Part shown: positions 53,338 to 64,000 of the stretch, one piece after another | Position numbering within the stretch: the stretch's first letter is position 1 | Layout of the letters: the number at the start of each line of letters is the position of its first letter | Assembly: GCF_013122565.1 (NCBI RefSeq) | Contig: NZ_CP053258.1 | Source of the DNA: Escherichia coli | Lineage (GTDB): Bacteria > Pseudomonadota > Gammaproteobacteria > Enterobacterales > Enterobacteriaceae | Reading direction: 5' to 3' (one strand) | DNA length: 64,000 nucleotides | Made by a program: the position numbers and the translations under genes | The notes under the pieces: generated by a model | Seen by the model: only the letters and a program-made list of their open reading frames with translations | Database searches by the model: none | What the model was told of the DNA's origin: nothing

Positions 53338-55767
53338 TCACGAATACTTTTTCGTCCGTCGCGTCGGTGCCGTGTTTGCCGGGTCATCCGGCCAGACGTG
53401 TTTGGGATAACGCCCTTTCATCTCCTTTTGCACCTCACGATACGCCCCTTTCCAGAAGGCCCCCAAATCACGCGTGATTTGCAGCGGCCTTTGGGCAGGG
53501 GAAAGCAACTCCAGCACCAGCGGCACGCGCCCCTGGGCGATCGTCGGATTGGTGGCCTCGCCAAACATCTCTTGCATTCTCACCGCCAGCGCGGGCGGGT
53601 TATCTTCATGATAACGAATGGCGATCCGGCTTCCCGTCGGCACAGTGTAATGCGCAGGCAATTCACTATCCAGACGTTGCTGCATTCCCCAATCAAGTAA
53701 TCCGCGTAGTGCCTGATAAATGTCGAGTGATTTCAGGCCGCGTAGTGAATGTACACCGGCCATATGTGGCAGCAGCCACGTTTCCAGCGTCGCCAATAAA
53801 CTTTCATCATCAACCGCTGGCCAGTCATATTCTGGCAACCACTTTGCGGCGCATAACAAACGCAAGCGTAGCTGTTCCGCTTCCGCCGTCCAGTTGAGCA
53901 CGCTTAAACCTTTATCACGAATGCCGTTAAGCATCGCCTGATGCAACTCGTCTTCTGACGGTTTCGCCAGTGGCTGCACTTTCACCGTCAACTGACCGAT
54001 TTGCAGCCGACGCCAGGCTTTCAGCGTACCTTGCGCGTCATCCCATTCCACGGTGTCAGATTGCTGCACCAGCTGCGGACAGCGTTGTACTAATTCATCA
54101 ATATCGACCGGTAGCGCCAGTAAAATCCGCGCATCCGGCGAGGCGCTGCCCTGCAATAATAACGGTGCGATCAACCATTCGTGGCGGCTTAGCGCGTCGT
54201 CGGCATCGAGCATCGCTCCCATGCCGTTTGCCAGTTGATAGCGTCCATCTTGCCCACGGCGACGAGCAATGCGATCGGCAAACGCCCCGGCAAGTAGCGG
54301 CGCGATAAGCGAACTGTCTGCCTCACCGCCGCGTACGTTTAAGTGTTTTAACAGTTGCTGACTACGTTGCTGCCAGGCTGGTTGATTGCGCGAAAACGCC
54401 ACGCCCAGGTCACTATTGCCCATCCGTGGCGGCTCTTCGAGAATGGCGGCAATTTTTGCCGCGGTAGCAGCTTCGTCGTCGCTCTTTGCGCTAACCAGCA
54501 TTGCCGCTAAACGCGGATCGTTACCCAGCGCTGCCATTTTTTGCCCTTGCGCACTAAGCCGTTCACCGTCCAGCGCCCCTAGCATCTTTAACAGGCGTTT
54601 CGCGGCCAGTAAATTCACTGCTGGCGGTTGATCCAGCCAGCTCATCTGCGCCGGATCGCTGCATCCCCATTGCAGTAATTCCATCAGCAAACCGGAAAGA
54701 TCGCTTTGTAAGATCTCCGGTTCACTTTGCGCGGCAGCGCGTTCTGCTTGTTCTTTGGCGATTAAATGTAGGCAGATACCCGGCTCCAGACGCCCGGCAC
54801 GCCCGGCACGCTGCGTCATCGACGCCTGACTGATTCGCTGAGTAATCAACCGCGTAAGCCCTGTTCGCGGATCAAAACGCGCCACCCTTTCCTGGGCACA
54901 ATCCACCACCAGACGAATACCTTCGATGGTTAAACTGGTTTCAGCAATATTGGTCGCCAGCACCACTTTGCGCATCCCTTGCGGTGCCGGGAGGATCGCT
55001 TTTCGCTGATCGTTTAGCGACAACGCGCCATACAGCGGGCAGAGCAACACATCACTGCCGATGCGCGAAGCCAGTTGTTCCTGCACACGCTGAATTTCTC
55101 CGACGCCAGGTAAAAATAACAGTAATGATCCACTTTCCTGACGCAGCATTTCGGCGGTGGCAACCGCGACGGCTTCGTCAAAACGCTGATGCGCGGGCAG
55201 CGGTAAATAACGGCGTTCAACCGGAAACGAGCGCCCTTCTGAGATGACGACGGGCGCTTCTGGCAGCATTTGCTGCAAGCGGTCGTTGTCCAGCGTAGCC
55301 GACATAATCAGCAGTTTAAGGTCATCACGCAGACCTTGTTGCACATCGAGTAACAACGCCAACGCCAAATCCGCCTGCAAGCTGCGCTCATGAAATTCAT
55401 CAAGGATCACCAATCCAACACCGCTCAGTTCCGGGTCACGCTGGATCATCCGCGTCAGCACGCCTTCGGTAACCACTTCCAGGCGGGTATTCGGCCCGAC
55501 GCAGTTTTGCGCACGCATCCGGTAGCCAACGGTATCGCCTGGCTTTTCGTTAAGCAGCTCCGCCAGCCGTTGCGCGACGTTACGCGCCGCCAGACGACGC
55601 GGCTCCAGCAGGATAATTTTCCCGTTAATGCCGGGATGCGCCAGCAGTTGCAGCGGCAGCCAGGTTGATTTCCCGGCCCCGGTCGGCGCACTTAATAACA
55701 CCTGCGGCGCACAATCGAGAGCGGTAAGTAATTCAGGTAAGACGGCAGCAACGGGCAACGACGACAC
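53338..55767 (-). CDS. hrpB: ATP-dependent RNA helicase HrpB (DEAH-box)
   Basis: 809 aa if started at in-frame GTG (V16 of track ORF); Walker A APTGAGKST, DEFHER motif. Confidence 0.85.
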   Translation of the reverse strand: MSSLPVAAVLPELLTALDCAPQVLLSAPTGAGKSTWLPLQLLAHPGINGKIILLEPRRLAARNVAQRLAELLNEKPGDTVGYRMRAQNCVGPNTRLEVVTEGVLTRMIQRDPELSGVGLVILDEFHERSLQADLALALLLDVQQGLRDDLKLLIMSATLDNDRLQQMLPEAPVVISEGRSFPVERRYLPLPAHQRFDEAVAVATAEMLRQESGSLLLFLPGVGEIQRVQEQLASRIGSDVLLCPLYGALSLNDQRKAILPAPQGMRKVVLATNIAETSLTIEGIRLVVDCAQERVARFDPRTGLTRLITQRISQASMTQRAGRAGRLEPGICLHLIAKEQAERAAAQSEPEILQSDLSGLLMELLQWGCSDPAQMSWLDQPPAVNLLAAKRLLKMLGALDGERLSAQGQKMAALGNDPRLAAMLVSAKSDDEAATAAKIAAILEEPPRMGNSDLGVAFSRNQPAWQQRSQQLLKHLNVRGGEADSSLIAPLLAGAFADRIARRRGQDGRYQLANGMGAMLDADDALSRHEWLIAPLLLQGSASPDARILLALPVDIDELVQRCPQLVQQSDTVEWDDAQGTLKAWRRLQIGQLTVKVQPLAKPSEDELHQAMLNGIRDKGLSVLNWTAEAEQLRLRLLCAAKWLPEYDWPAVDDESLLATLETWLLPHMAGVHSLRGLKSLDIYQALRGLLDWGMQQRLDSELPAHYTVPTGSRIAIRYHEDNPPALAVRMQEMFGEATNPTIAQGRVPLVLELLSPAQRPLQITRDLGAFWKGAYREVQKEMKGRYPKHVWPDDPANTAPTRRTKKYS

Positions 55768-55840
55768 AAAACGCTCCAGAGGGTTAACATTCTTCGCGCC
55801 ACATTGTAGCATCGCGGTAATTCATAACCGAGTGCCTCAC

Positions 55841-57090
<1,250 letters not shown>

Positions 57091-57267
57091 TAAAGTATGT
57101 AACTGGTTAATTTACATTCTGGTCGCGTGCGCAAATACGCTTTTCCTCACACAGTTGTCAAGTGTTACGTTTAGATAATTGCTATCCGGAAAAGCATCTG
57201 CTATTTATAGCGGCCTCATTTTTCCCCCGAACATGGGGATCGATAGTGCGTGTTAAGGAGAAGCAAC

Positions 57268-57723
57268 ATGCAAGAAGGGCAAAACCGTAAAACATCGTCC
57301 CTGAGTATTCTCGCCATCGCTGGGGTGGAGCCATATCAGGAGAAGCCGGGCGAAGAGTATATGAATGAAGCCCAGCTGGCGCACTTCCGTCGTATTCTGG
57401 AAGCATGGCGTAATCAACTCAGGGATGAAGTCGATCGCACCGTTACACATATGCAGGATGAAGCAGCCAACTTCCCGGACCCGGTAGACCGTGCAGCCCA
57501 GGAAGAAGAGTTCAGCCTCGAACTGCGTAACCGCGATCGCGAGCGTAAGCTGATCAAAAAGATCGAGAAGACGCTGAAAAAAGTGGAAGACGAAGATTTC
57601 GGCTACTGCGAATCCTGCGGTGTTGAAATTGGTATTCGCCGTCTGGAAGCGCGCCCGACAGCCGATCTGTGCATCGACTGCAAAACGCTGGCTGAAATTC
57701 GCGAAAAACAGATGGCTGGCTAA
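57268..57723 (+). CDS. dksA: RNA polymerase-binding transcription factor DksA
   Basis: 151 aa from [25 protein letters not shown]4 zinc finger ([25 protein letters not shown]), AAGGAG Shine-Dalgarno upstream. Confidence 0.95.
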   Translation: MQEGQNRKTSSLSILAIAGVEPYQEKPGEEYMNEAQLAHFRRILEAWRNQLRDEVDRTVTHMQDEAANFPDPVDRAAQEEEFSLELRNRDRERKLIKKIEKTLKKVEDEDFGYCESCGVEIGIRRLEARPTADLCIDCKTLAEIREKQMAG

Positions 57724-57751
57724 TTACAGCCGTTCCATCACGTTTACCACA

Positions 57752-57779
57752 GGCGGGAAATGCTCCCGCCTTATTTTTT
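57752..57779 (+). terminator. Intrinsic terminator after dksA
   Basis: GGCGGGA-aatgc-TCCCGCC followed by TTATTTTTT, 29 nt after the dksA stop and just before the gluQ ATG. Confidence 0.75.
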
Positions 57780-57789
57780 GTTCAAAGAG

Positions 57790-58686
57790 ATGACAGACAC
57801 ACACTATATTGGCCGCTTCGCCCCCTCTCCTTCCGGCGAGCTTCATTTTGGTTCTCTGATTGCTGCGCTTGGCAGCTATTTGCAGGCTCGCGCCCGGCAA
57901 GGTCGCTGGCTGGTACGCATTGAAGATATCGACCCGCCTCGTGAAGTTCCCGGTGCCGCAGAAACTATCCTGCGCCAGCTGGAACATTACGGTCTGCACT
58001 GGGACGGCGATGTTCTCTGGCAATCGCAACGTCACCACGCCTATCGCGAAGCACTCGCCTGGTTACATAAACAAGGACTAAGTTATTACTGCACCTGCAC
58101 GCGTGCGCGTATTCAAAGCATTGGTGGTATTTACGACGGTCATTGCCGGGAATTGCATCATGGACCAGATAACGCCGCAGTGCGTATCCGCCAGCAGCAT
58201 CCGGTCACCCAGTTTACTGACCAGCTGCGCGGCATTATTCACGCCGAAGAAAAACTGGCGAGGGAAGATTTTATTATTCATCGCCGTGATGGTTTGTTTG
58301 CCTATAACCTGGCGGTGGTGGTGGATGATCACTTCCAGGGCGTGAGCGAAATTGTCCGCGGGGCAGATTTGATCGAACCGACAGTGCGGCAAATCTCGCT
58401 GTACCAGCTTTTTGGCTGGCAAGTGCCAGATTACATTCATCTGCCGCTGGCGCTTAATCCACAAGGCGCTAAACTTTCCAAGCAGAATCATGCGCCTGCG
58501 TTGCCGAAAGGCGATCCACGCCCGGTACTAATCGCGGCACTTCAATTTCTGGGGCAGCAGGCAGAAGCACACTGGCAGGATTTCAGCGTCGAGCAAATCC
58601 TTCAGTCAGCCGTCAAAAACTGGATGCTGACCGCCGTGCCTGAGTCGGCAATTGTAAATTCAACATTCTCAAATGCGTCATGCTGA
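57790..58686 (+). CDS. gluQ: Glutamyl-Q tRNA(Asp) synthetase (GluRS paralog YadB)
   Basis: 298 aa from [22 protein letters not shown]; track ORF starts 10 codons earlier at 57760, inside the dksA terminator hairpin. Confidence 0.8.
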   Translation: MTDTHYIGRFAPSPSGELHFGSLIAALGSYLQARARQGRWLVRIEDIDPPREVPGAAETILRQLEHYGLHWDGDVLWQSQRHHAYREALAWLHKQGLSYYCTCTRARIQSIGGIYDGHCRELHHGPDNAAVRIRQQHPVTQFTDQLRGIIHAEEKLAREDFIIHRRDGLFAYNLAVVVDDHFQGVSEIVRGADLIEPTVRQISLYQLFGWQVPDYIHLPLALNPQGAKLSKQNHAPALPKGDPRPVLIAALQFLGQQAEAHWQDFSVEQILQSAVKNWMLTAVPESAIVNSTFSNASC

Positions 58687-58745
58687 GCTATGATTAGCCG
58701 CTATTTTTTTGTCCTGAATGATGTTTGACACTACCGAGGTGTACT

Positions 58746-60143
58746 ATTTTTACCCGAGTCGCTAATTTTTGCCGCAAGGTGCTAAGCCGCGAGGAAAGCG
58801 AGGCTGAACAGGCAGTCGCCCGTCCACAGGTGACGGTGATCCCGCGTGAGCAGCATGCTATTTCCCGCAAAGATATCAGTGAAAATGCCCTGAAGGTAAT
58901 GTACAGGCTCAATAAAGCGGGATACGAAGCCTGGCTGGTTGGCGGCGGCGTGCGCGACCTGTTACTTGGCAAAAAGCCGAAAGATTTTGACGTAACCACT
59001 AACGCCACGCCTGAGCAGGTGCGCAAACTGTTCCGTAACTGCCGCCTGGTGGGTCGCCGTTTCCGTCTGGCTCATGTGATGTTTGGCCCGGAGATTATCG
59101 AAGTTGCGACCTTTCGTGGACACCACGAAGGTAACGTCAGCGACCGCACGACCTCCCAACGTGGGCAAAACGGCATGTTGCTGCGCGATAACATCTTCGG
59201 CTCCATCGAAGAAGACGCCCAGCGCCGCGATTTCACTATCAACAGCCTGTATTACAGCGTAGCGGATTTTACCGTCCGTGATTACGTTGGCGGCATGAAG
59301 GATCTGAAGGACGGCGTTATCCGTCTGATTGGTAACCCGGAAACGCGCTACCGTGAAGATCCGGTACGTATGCTGCGCGCAGTACGTTTTGCCGCCAAAT
59401 TGGGTATGCGCATCAGCCCGGAAACCGCAGAACCGATCCCTCGCCTCGCTACCCTGCTGAACGATATCCCACCGGCACGCCTGTTTGAAGAATCGCTTAA
59501 ACTGCTACAAGCGGGCTACGGTTACGAAACCTATAAGCTGCTGTGTGAATATCATCTGTTCCAGCCGCTGTTCCCGACCATTACCCGCTACTTCACGGAA
59601 AATGGCGACAGCCCGATGGAGCGGATCATTGAACAGGTGCTGAAGAATACCGATACGCGTATCCATAACGATATGCGCGTGAACCCGGCGTTCCTGTTTG
59701 CCGCCATGTTCTGGTACCCACTGCTGGAGACGGCACAGAAGATCGCCCAGGAAAGCGGCCTGACCTATCACGACGCTTTCGCGCTGGCGATGAACGACGT
59801 GCTGGACGAGGCCTGCCGTTCACTGGCAATCCCGAAACGTCTGACGACGTTAACCCGCGATATCTGGCAGTTGCAGTTGCGTATGTCCCGACGTCAGGGT
59901 AAACGCGCATGGAAACTGCTGGAGCATCCTAAGTTCCGTGCGGCTTATGACCTGTTGGCCTTGCGAGCTGAAGTTGAACGTAACGCTGAATTGCAGCGTC
60001 TGGTGAAATGGTGGGGTGAGTTCCAGGTTTCCGCGCCACCAGACCAAAAAGGGATGCTCAACGAGCTGGATGAAGAGCCGTCACCGCGTCGCCGTACTCG
60101 TCGTCCACGCAAACGCGCACCGCGTCGTGAGGGTACCGCATGA
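58746..60143 (+). CDS. pcnB: Poly(A) polymerase I
   Basis: 465 aa if initiated at in-frame ATT ([22 protein letters not shown]...); first in-frame ATG is ~50 codons further in. Confidence 0.85.
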
Positions 60144-60619
60144 CATTGGCGTATATTGCCATAGGCAGCAATCTGGCCTCTCCGCTGGAGCAGGTCAATG
60201 CTGCCCTTAAAGCATTAGGCGATATCCCTGAAAGCCGCATTCTTGCCGTTTCTTCGTTTTACCGCACCCCACCGCTGGGGCCGCAAGATCAACCCGATTA
60301 CCTCAACGCCGCCGTGGCGCTTGAAACTTCGCTCGCCCCGGAAGAGTTACTCAACCATACACAGCGCATAGAACTGCAACAGGGTCGTGTTCGTAAAGCT
60401 GAACGCTGGGGACCACGCACGCTGGATCTCGACATCATGCTGTTTGGTAATGAAGTGATAAATACCGAACGCCTGACCGTTCCGCACTACGATATGAAGA
60501 ATCGTGGATTTATGCTATGGCCGCTGTTTGAGATTGCACCGGAGTTGGTGTTTCCTGATGGGGAGACGTTGGCGACAAGGCTCACCAATTTGAACGCCTT
60601 ATGCCCACAACGCTGGTGA
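60140..60619 (+). CDS. folK: 2-amino-4-hydroxy-6-hydroxymethyldihydropteridine pyrophosphokinase
   Basis: 159 aa [35 protein letters not shown]; 4-nt overlap with pcnB stop. Confidence 0.9.
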
Positions 60620-61023
60620 ACTTGCTATAGCAAAGAGTAAATTCATTCAGCGTTTTCTTTACGTTTTTTTAATATTAATTCTTTCTCAAATCTAAGCATA
60701 ATATTTAATAAAACGCATTTCATAGCTTTCGTGTTTTTGTCTGTGCGCTAACTATTCCGACAATAGATTAGTTAAAAAGCCTTCACCACCTTATTGATAC
60801 ATTAAAAGAATAACAGATGTAAAAATACAGACTTTTAAACGCCCAATTAATAAAAACATCATTCAAACAAATAATTAAAGATTATAAATACACACAATGA
60901 ATATTATTTATTTTCTCGCCCCCTTACATTCACCAGATCTATTTTTATTCCATTTGCATAAGCTTTATAATTTGCTGAGGTGACTCTTCTCACCTCTCTA
61001 TTATTTTTATAAGGACATTAAAT
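60620..61023 (+). promoter_or_regulatory. AT-rich regulatory region upstream of the fimbrial operon
   Basis: About 400 bp, visibly AT-rich with many A/T tracts (ttttttaatattaatt, aataattaaagattataaatac), between folK and the fimbrial subunit gene. Confidence 0.5.
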
Positions 61024-61596
61024 ATGTTAAAGAAAAGCGCTATTGCTGCGGCATTAGTTATGTTTACCAGTTCGGCCTTCGCGCTGGATGGCGGCCAGCT
61101 GGATTTCGCAGGTTTGGTGAGTGACAACACGTGTATCCTGCACGTCAACGGTGGTGCACAGGATGGACAAATTAATCTTGCAACCGCCACAACGGCTGAA
61201 GTTACAGGTGCTGGCGTAGTCAATGCAGCCAGTGTCGGCGCGAAACCTGAACCGTTCTCTATTACAGTGGATTGCTCAGCAAACACGCCTGCCGCCGCTG
61301 AAGCCAATCTGAATATGAGCTCAGTTTTCTTCAGTAACAGCCAGGGCACCCTGAATAACGATATGTCCGTAAGCCAGGCGGCAAGCGGCGTCGCTATTGC
61401 CGTTCACTATGTACCAAGCGCCGGCACTTTCGAGCAGGTCAAAATCAATGACAGCACCGATATTAAAAACCTCACGTTAACCAACGGTAAAGGGACCTGG
61501 AACTTCCAGGCATCTTACGTTAAGCAGGCAGCGTCGATTCCTGTCGTTGCCGGGTTTGTGAAAACCAACGCGGCTTATACGATCACTTACCCGTAA
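61024..61596 (+). CDS. yadN: Fimbrial major subunit (YadN-like, chaperone-usher family)
   Basis: 190 aa with signal peptide MLKKSAIAAALVMFTSSAFA, Cys pair, T/A/G-rich pilin-like composition; first gene after AT-rich region downstream of folK. Confidence 0.7.
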   Translation: MLKKSAIAAALVMFTSSAFALDGGQLDFAGLVSDNTCILHVNGGAQDGQINLATATTAEVTGAGVVNAASVGAKPEPFSITVDCSANTPAAAEANLNMSSVFFSNSQGTLNNDMSVSQAASGVAIAVHYVPSAGTFEQVKINDSTDIKNLTLTNGKGTWNFQASYVKQAASIPVVAGFVKTNAAYTITYP

Positions 61597-61658
61597 TTCA
61601 GATACAGACCAGGCAGTCGATGTCGGGCTGCCTGTATGACTTTAATAAGGACATCATT

Positions 61659-62402
61659 ATGACCAGGACGCGTCAGTTACTCCTTGCTTCACTTTTCACC
61701 TGCGCAGGTGCATTAGCCAGCTTTTCCGCCTGTGCCGATATTGTGCTTTCCGGCACGCGTATTATTTACAACGCAAGTCAGAAAGAAGTCTCCCTGCGTA
61801 TGGAAAACAAAGGCAGCCGCCCGCTGCTGGTACAAACGTGGATCGATACCGGGAGTGAAAACGCGGATCCCAGCACCATCACCGTGCCTTTTACCGTCAC
61901 GCCACCGGTCTCTCGTGTGGACGGTAAACGTGGGCAGACGGTGAAAATCGCCTGGAATACCAGCCAAACGTTGCCCGCCGATCGCGAAAGTGTTTTCTGG
62001 TTCAATGCGCTGGAAGTCCCCCCCAAAATGAGCGAGACCGAGGCTCAGGGGAAAAATATCCTGCAACTGGCGTTCCGCACCCGCATCAAGCTGTTTTATC
62101 GCCCGGCTAACCTGGTCGGCAGCGCCCCGGACGCCCCCAAACAACTGACCTGGCATCTGCAATCCTCTGGCGGGAAAGTTGTGCTTCAGGCCACTAACCC
62201 AACGCCATTCCACGTCTCTTTTAGCGGTATTAGCCTGATTTCGGGCGGAAAAAAATACGCCGTCGACGCCACGATGGTCTCCCCGAAAAGCAGCGCTGAC
62301 ATGACGGTGAAAGGTCTGAGCACAGCGCCCGCTGGCGCGACGATTGACTATATCGCCATTAACGACTTCGGCGGCGCCATTGAAGGCAAAGTGAAGCTTT
62401 GA
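61659..62402 (+). CDS. yadV: Periplasmic fimbrial chaperone (YadV/EcpD-like, PapD family)
   Basis: 247 aa from MTRTRQLLLASLF, conserved PapD-like blocks (GTRIIY, PLLVQTWID, FWFNALEVPP, LAFRTRIKLFYRP, AINDFGG). Confidence 0.8.
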   Translation: MTRTRQLLLASLFTCAGALASFSACADIVLSGTRIIYNASQKEVSLRMENKGSRPLLVQTWIDTGSENADPSTITVPFTVTPPVSRVDGKRGQTVKIAWNTSQTLPADRESVFWFNALEVPPKMSETEAQGKNILQLAFRTRIKLFYRPANLVGSAPDAPKQLTWHLQSSGGKVVLQATNPTPFHVSFSGISLISGGKKYAVDATMVSPKSSADMTVKGLSTAPAGATIDYIAINDFGGAIEGKVKL

Positions 62403-62432
62403 CGCGCTGAATAACCACGCAGGGATTGCACA

Positions 62433-64000
62433 ATGACGACGCCTTTCAACGGCACAAAATTTCCCCTCTCTCCACTCGCTTGTCTGGTGGCGTGCAGTCT
62501 GCTGCCCTGCGCGTACAGCGCCATGGCGGCAGAGGAAGCCGTTGAATTTGATAACACCTTCCTGATGGGGGCCGGTGCCAGGAATATCGACGTCAATCGC
62601 TACAGTGATGGCAACCCCGCGTTACCTGGTCGTCACGACGTTAGTGTGTTTATCAACAATAAGCCGACCAGCAATCTGTCCATCGAGTTTATTGAAATAG
62701 CGAATAGCCGTAGCGCCCAACCCTGTATTTCTGCCAGCACCCTGCTCCAGTTGCATATTCGCCTGCCGGATAATCTCGACGATACGGCGATTTTGCAGAA
62801 ACGGGACAGTACCGCGCAGGACTGTCTTAATCTTGAGGTCGCCATTCCCCAGTCCAGCCTCACCTATAACAGTAACGATCAGCGGCTGGACATTAATGTG
62901 CCTCAGCTGTGGTTGCAAAAAACTTACGCTAACTATGTGGATCCTTCCCTGTGGGACGAAGGGATCAACGCAGCCATGTTTTCTTACACGCTGAATGGCT
63001 GGCGCAGTGAGTCGCCCAATCAAACCGCAGAAAGTACCTATGCCGGGCTGATGGGCGGCTTTAATTTATGGGGATGGCACTTCCGGTCGCACGGCAACTA
63101 TTCATGGGACAAAGAGAGTGGCGGCAGTTTCGAGTTCCAGGACAAGTACCTGCAACGTGATATCGTCAAACTGCGGTCGCAGCTGGTTGTCGGTGAAACC
63201 AACACCACGGGGGAGACCTTTGATTCCGTTCGTATTCGCGGGGTTCGTCTCTACAGCGAAAGCCGCATGCTGCCACCGACGCTCGCCTCTTACGCGCCGG
63301 TGATCCGTGGGGTCGCAAACTCCAACGCCAAAGTAACGATTACCCAGAACGGCTACAAGATTTACGAAACGACGGTGCCGCCAGGCCCCTTTGCTATCGA
63401 TGACTTATCGCCAGCCGGATTTGGTGCCGATCTCGAAGTCACGGTCACCGAATCTGACGGCTCACAGCGAACATTCACCCAGGCCTATTCATCGGTGATC
63501 CAGATGATGCGCCCCGGCGTGGGCAAATGGGACATCAGCGCGGGTGAAGTCAAAAAGGATGAGCTAAAGGACAATCCCAACCTGATACAGGGAACGTACT
63601 ACTACGGGTTAAGCAATACGTTTACCGGCTATACCGGCCTGCAAATGACCGATAACGGCTACTGGGCCGGGTTGTTAGGGCTTGGGATGAACACCTCATT
63701 GGGGGCATTTTCCCTGGATGTGACGCAGTCGCACACCGAAATTCCCAACGATAAAACCTATGAGGGCCAGAGCTACCGTATTTCGTGGAACAAATATTTT
63801 GCACCGACCGAAACGTCACTCAACATTGCGGCCTATCGCTACTCGACAAAAAACTATCTCGGCCTGAACGATGCCTTAACGCTGATTAACTCCGCTAACC
63901 ATCCTTATGATGATGGCTACAAGGGAATCGTCTCCTATGGGCGTATGAAAAACCAGTTCAGCGTCAGCCTCAACCAGACGTTAAAAAATGGCGAGCGGGA
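62433..64000 (+). CDS. htrE: Fimbrial outer-membrane usher (HtrE-like); 3' end outside window
   Basis: Open frame from ATG 62433 to window end, signal peptide MTTPFNGTKFPLSPLACLVACSLLPCAYSAMA, usher motifs (RLYSESRMLPPTLASYAPVIRGVANSNAKVTITQNGYKIYETTVPPGPFAIDDL); not in track because no stop reached. Confidence 0.8.
   Translation, partial: MTTPFNGTKFPLSPLACLVACSLLPCAYSAMAAEEAVEFDNTFLMGAGARNIDVNRYSDGNPALPGRHDVSVFINNKPTSNLSIEFIEIANSRSAQPCISASTLLQLHIRLPDNLDDTAILQKRDSTAQDCLNLEVAIPQSSLTYNSNDQRLDINVPQLWLQKTYANYVDPSLWDEGINAAMFSYTLNGWRSESPNQTAESTYAGLMGGFNLWGWHFRSHGNYSWDKESGGSFEFQDKYLQRDIVKLRSQLVVGETNTTGETFDSVRIRGVRLYSESRMLPPTLASYAPVIRGVANSNAKVTITQNGYKIYETTVPPGPFAIDDLSPAGFGADLEVTVTESDGSQRTFTQAYSSVIQMMRPGVGKWDISAGEVKKDELKDNPNLIQGTYYYGLSNTFTGYTGLQMTDNGYWAGLLGLGMNTSLGAFSLDVTQSHTEIPNDKTYEGQSYRISWNKYFAPTETSLNIAAYRYSTKNYLGLNDALTLINSANHPYDDGYKGIVSYGRMKNQFSVSLNQTLKNGER

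Noticed and set aside
55628-55840. 5' extension of the thpR ORF (247-aa track ORF) overlapping the hrpB start
   Set aside because: The conserved ThpR N-terminus begins at MSEPQRLFFAIDLP (ATG 55841); the upstream part overlaps the divergent hrpB coding start and is an open-frame artefact. Other 5' over-extensions treated the same way: proS (168), rpsB (29077), rseP (22451), fabZ (16944), cdaR (35528), erpA (41396), fhuC (48237), mrcB (53259), hrpB (55812), btuF (39484), dksA (57250).
60620-64000. Fimbrial operon as a novel or undescribed system
   Set aside because: Gene content (subunit, PapD-like chaperone, usher) and location after folK correspond to the known cryptic yad chaperone-usher operon of E. 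coli; it is probably an allelic variant, not a new system.

Overview
This window is a conserved Escherichia coli-type core-chromosome segment, colinear in reverse orientation with the tsaA-proS ... pcnB-folK region of E. coli K-12 and ending in a chaperone-usher fimbrial operon. I do not see a novel or undescribed system here: every long ORF is accounted for by a recognisable housekeeping gene, and the remaining long ORFs in the track are antisense shadows or 5' over-extensions. Gene order is tsaA'-proS-yaeF-nlpE-arfB-yaeQ-yaeP-rof-tilS-yaeR-ldcC-accA-dnaE-rnhB-lpxB-lpxA-fabZ-lpxD-skp-bamA-rseP-cdsA-uppS-dxr-frr-pyrH-tsf-rpsB-map-glnD-dapD-yaeH-cdaR-degP-dgt-mtn-btuF-yadS-erpA-clcA-hemL-fhuBDCA-mrcB-hrpB-thpR-sfsA-dksA-gluQ-pcnB-folK-fimbrial subunit/chaperone/usher. 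Non-coding features I can support are intrinsic terminators, REP/BIME palindromes, a Fur-box-like site before fhuA and a sigma-E-type promoter before degP. I found no rRNA, tRNA, CRISPR array, IS element, integrase, prophage or defence/toxin module. The points most worth a second look are: (1) yaeI is absent between dapD and yaeH; (2) the fimbrial operon after folK with a ~400-bp AT-rich upstream region; (3) pcnB has no canonical start codon at its conserved N-terminus; (4) compact, strongly structured intergenic regions in the rpsB-tsf-pyrH-frr cluster. All calls come from reading the translations and from remembered E. coli synteny; no database search or computation was run, and start codons were refined from the ORF track by remembered N-termini, so they may be off by a few codons.
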